Shown here one piece after another: positions 59,881 through 64,000 of a DNA stretch of 64,000 bases. The stretch spans positions 378,014,001 to 378,078,000 of the forward strand of contig OZ024740.1 in assembly GCA_964016885.1 (NCBI GenBank), in the 5' to 3' direction. Made by a program: the position numbers and the translations under genes. Source of the stretch: Eledone cirrhosa. Lineage: Eukaryota. How positions within the stretch are numbered: position 1 is the stretch's first letter; every line of letters begins with the position of its first letter. Under the pieces are notes generated by a model, which worked only from the letters and a program-made list of their open reading frames with translations, had not been told where the DNA came from and ran no database searches.

Positions 59881-61669
59881 TATGTATGTATGTATGTATG
59901 TATATATATATATAGTATAAAGGATGATGTGCTCAAACACAGAGATGTTATAAAAATAGCTTATAGACCTTTAAAACATTCGCTTTACCTGATACCTAGG
60001 ATTGGATGAGTTGTTACACACCAAGTCAGTACTTATGGATGGGAGAGTGCATCTCGCTTATATACTATCCCCACATAACCAGCGCACTACAGAGTGCATG
60101 ATGTGCATATTCTCATGACACCAAGCAGGTTTTTTATAGCTCAATACCTTTCCTATCACCATCCACCTTAAACATTGTACTAGGTGTGTTTTATTGTCAC
60201 TAACACTACAGAGGTTGTGATACCCTTGACACAACTGAAGTGTTCTTTCATTCATTTTGGGGATGGTTTCAGATAGTGTTGGGGGTGTACTGTGATAATG
60301 TGAACAGCTAAGGAGCTATGACTGGTGCATTAGGATTTAAACTGTGTGGGAGAGAGATCCTAAATAGAGGAAGGGGCTGGAGTGTACAGTGATGGTGTGA
60401 GAATAGTTACTAAGGAATAATTGTGGAGATGTGGGCATGAATGGGTCAGGTCGCATTTATATATATATATATATATATCAATGATATTAATAAATGGAAA
60501 CTATATTTATAAAACCATACTTATTCTATTATATATATTTCAAGACATATATGTTTGTGTAGGAAGAAGAAAGAAAGAAAGAAAAGCTTGTATTTACGTG
60601 AATTTAAAAAGAATTAACAGTTTGTAGGAATGGTGGAATATGATTCCAGAATTTAAATAAAATATATAGCTATATTATGAGTTATAATATTATATATATA
60701 ATCAATTAGATTATATGAAGGATTATGGTTGTAAGTACATTTTATCTTATTATATTGCAACAGGGAAAAGCAGACGTAAAATGATGATGATGATAGATTA
60801 ATAAGTGTGCAAGTATAAGTATTATTGGTGATTTTATAGAAATAAAACATATGTATTAATTGTTTACATTTCTAATATGAGTTACAAAGGATGTCAATAT
60901 TTATAAAACAAACCTTGTATTTTATCTGATGAGAGCGTACCAAACTTTTGGTGCCCTTGAAATATATATAATAGAATAAATATGGTTTTATAAATATAGT
61001 TTCCATTTATTAATATCATTGATATTATACTCCAGAAAACCTGTCGAGTGCTTCGAATCAGTTATAAACATATATATTTGTTGAATTACCAACAAATTAA
61101 ATATCCTTTTTGCTTATATATATATATATATATATATAAAAGAATAGAAATAACCGGGAGACCCAGAGATCCTAAGCAACATGGTTGGATAACATCCATG
61201 AGCTTAGCTAGTGTCGCTTAGGGATCCAGCTGGATCAGTTGGAGACGGTTACTGGAAGGAGCGTTTGAGGACTCTGCCCCCATGACCCTCTCAGGAATTA
61301 GTGGACAAAGAAGAAGAAGACTTTAGTATTGAACACTCTAGTATTGGTGATAGGGAGGGGAACTAGCCAAACGAATGGTCGGGAGGACTCATCAGCTGTG
61401 TTGTATACATGACAACCTCCATAGTACCGGTGCCATAATAAAATGCACTCTGTATAATGCAGGAATGTATGTAAGCCAGCCCCTGGCCTATCTGTGAGGC
61501 TAGTAACTTAAGTTAAGTACTGACTTGATCTGTAACAACCCCTCTAACCCGTACTAACAGGGAAAACGATCATATTTATTTGAAGTAAACATTGCAGTAG
61601 AAAGGTTTCTTTTTCTTATTGATAAATGTCCTCTATGCATTAATAAAACTGTTGTCATTATTTGATGAT

Positions 61670-62385
61670 ACTAGCAGTGGAATGACAGAATCATTAGAGT
61701 GTTGGACAGCCCTTTATGTTCCGAGTTCAAATCCCACTGAAAACAACTTTGCCTTTTATCCTTTCAGGGTTGATAAAATAAAGTACCAGTAAAGGACAAG
61801 GGTTGATATAATCACCTTCCCTGCCCTACAAGTTGTTGGCTTTGTGCCTAAACTATAAATCATTATTTGATGACATCGGTGGTGGATTGACAGAATCTAA
61901 AGAGGGTCAAACAAAATGCTTGCAGCATTTGTTCCAAATATTTACATTTTGAATTTGAATCCTACCAAGGTTAACTTGGCCTATCATCCTTCTAGGGTCA
62001 ATAAAATAAAGTACCAGTCACACACTGAAGTTGATTTAATCAACTTCCCCACTCCCTATGTTAGGAACAATTATTTGATGACACTGGATACACTTTTTAA
62101 CTAATAATATATGGTTCTGTTTAATAGTCACTTAATACAGAACTATACAAAAGGCAAACCAACATACTATTTCAACAGTCTCTTTCATCTGTAAACATTA
62201 TTTTATATGGCAGTATCGGTAGAGGGTCTGACGCCATGCTTTGCAACAAAGAGTTATGACCCTTTATGATCTGAGTTCAAATCCCGCTGAGGTTAACTTT
62301 GCCTTTCATCCTTACAGGGTCGATAAAATAAAGTACCAGTAATGCACTGGGTAATTGCTGGCCTTGTGCCAAAAGTAGAAACAAT
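61670..62385 (+). mobile_element. Cluster of three degenerate SINEs with Deu/Nin-like core
   Basis: GAGTTCAAATCCC B box followed by CTTTGCCTTTCATCC...GATAAAATAAAGTACCAG at ~61720, ~61950 and ~62270. Confidence 0.65.
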
Positions 62386-63057
62386 TATTTTATAATATCA
62401 ATTTTACTTTTATAGTTGCTTTTTAAGTAGCCCGACATCAAATTTATTAGTGTTTAAGTTATGAGAAATATAATGACACCACCATCATCATTATCAACCT
62501 TTTTTCTCTATTTATTTCGACCCTAGAGAGAAAACAAGGTTTTCGAGACAATGTTTTCTATGACTGGATGCCCTTTCTAATGCCAACCCATACTTTATAT
62601 ATAGTTTATACATCATTTATATAGTATACACCATTCATCTTCATTGAAACCCTTCATTTAGAGACATAAATGTTGCAGGCTGCTTTTCCAAGTGTTGTTG
62701 ATAAACTGACACACACACACATAGAGAGAGATACACAACAGGCTTCTTTTATCGTTTCTGTCTATGAAATACACTTGCAAGACATTGGTTAGACTCTTGC
62801 CAAAGCTGCAGTGCACTGAGGTGGAACCCATGATCATGTAGTTGCAAAGTAAACTTCTTAAACAGTCATTCATAATGGTTTCTAATTTAGGCACATTTGG
62901 GGAACAGATTAGTCGATTAAATTGACTCCAGTATTTGACTGGTACTTTATTTTGTTGACCAGGGAAAGAAGAAAGGCATAGTTGATCTTGGCATGATTTG
63001 AACTTAGAATATAGAAGAAAGTTGTAGTTAGCTTGAAGCATTGTGTAAGGTATAGAA

Positions 63058-63337
63058 AATGATGTGGAGTTTGAAGGCCATAACAATGTGAAATGGACGA
63101 ACAAGAAAATAAAACGAAACAAGATGTTATGTGTTACCTTATTTATTTATCTGTCCTGATATTTCGAGATAAAATCTCTTCTTCGGAGGTCTATAACAAG
63201 GAACAGGTCCGGAATCAGTAAATGTGAAGTCATGCTGCTGACAGATAAATAAATAGGGTAACACATAACATCTTGTTTCGTCTTATTTTCTTGTTCATCC
63301 ATTTTGCCTAGTCGTGGCCTTCAAACTTCACATCATT
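63058..63337. repeat. Inverted repeat (~98-bp arms) with a hammerhead-like motif in the spacer
   Basis: 63058-63156 versus 63240-63337 reverse complement; minus-strand CCT-CCGAAGA-A-GAGAT/ATCTC-GAAA-TA-TC-AGG at 63155-63189. Confidence 0.7.
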
Positions 63338-63563
63338 GAGAATGTAGAGTTGGAATAAATACCGACAATCTAATGATTCTGCCAATCCAGCACCCTCATG
63401 CAGTCATCCATAATAATAATAATATTTTTTGTTCTATGCAAAGGTCAATTTATGGAGAAAGGTGGGATATCAAACTTTTGATTTCATTTCTAAATGGATT
63501 TGTTATTTCTCTTGACATATGTTATGAAAATAAAAATGCTTATTTTTCCAAATATAGTAATAA

Positions 63564-63950
63564 CTAGCAGAATGGCCCGGCGTTGCTCGGGATTCTAAAC
63601 ATAGATTGATGCAAAAATCCTAATAAAAAGTGAAGTCGCCTTGGGTGAATAGGCAAATGATTTTCCATTAAGATTTTTCAAAAGCATGTAATTGCGTTCC
63701 TTCTCTTTTTTGTTGTTGCTTTTGCTGCTGTCGAGCCTCGTGAAATAAATACGTTTGTTTATATTTTGTTATTGTGTATGCAAAAATATCTGTACACGAA
63801 TATATAATTATATATAAATATATATATATTAATATAACAGATCAAAGTTTAAGCAAAGAATCGCTGCTTTCACCCTTAATGGGATCTTCTAAAACTAAAA
63901 AAATCAATCTGTAAACGCAGAAGTAAATATTTCGAAAAACGTTACACACT
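63564..63950 (-). mobile_element. 3' end of a second non-autonomous Helitron
   Basis: CTAG plus 8 nt plus CCCGGCGTTGCTCGGG, identical to 4043-4070; internal sequence unrelated; 5' end not identified. Confidence 0.6.
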
Positions 63951-64000
63951 ATATATATATATATACACACACACACTATATATACATATATACACACAAA

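Noticed and set aside
60020-60050. 5S rRNA-like string AGTACTTATGGATGGGAGA
   Set aside because: Too short; flanks show no 5S similarity

Overview
Eukaryotic, repeat-dominated DNA. A cephalopod/Octopus-type genome is inferred from the repeat families, not proven. The window is almost entirely intronic sequence of a minus-strand host gene, of which two exons are recognisable (43269-43391 and 41639-41771). They encode the PA domain of a glutamate carboxypeptidase II / NAALADase-like (peptidase M28B) protein. The introns hold long (TA)n tracts carrying many mobile elements: about 15 copies of RTE-clade LINEs from at least four families (the A and B ORFs have a PHD finger inside the RT), a CR1-type LINE, a degenerate full-length Gypsy element, non-autonomous Helitrons, a mariner relic, tRNA-derived SINEs, and three protein-coding Penelope-like elements (PLEs). 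The most striking hidden feature is a set of about nine hammerhead-ribozyme motifs from about seven unrelated sequence contexts. Several lie in non-coding fold-back (palindromic) elements embedded in (TA)n, and one has a greatly expanded stem II. Most ORFs in the track (poly-IY and antisense LINE frames) are artefacts. All alignments were done by eye, so boundaries are approximate.
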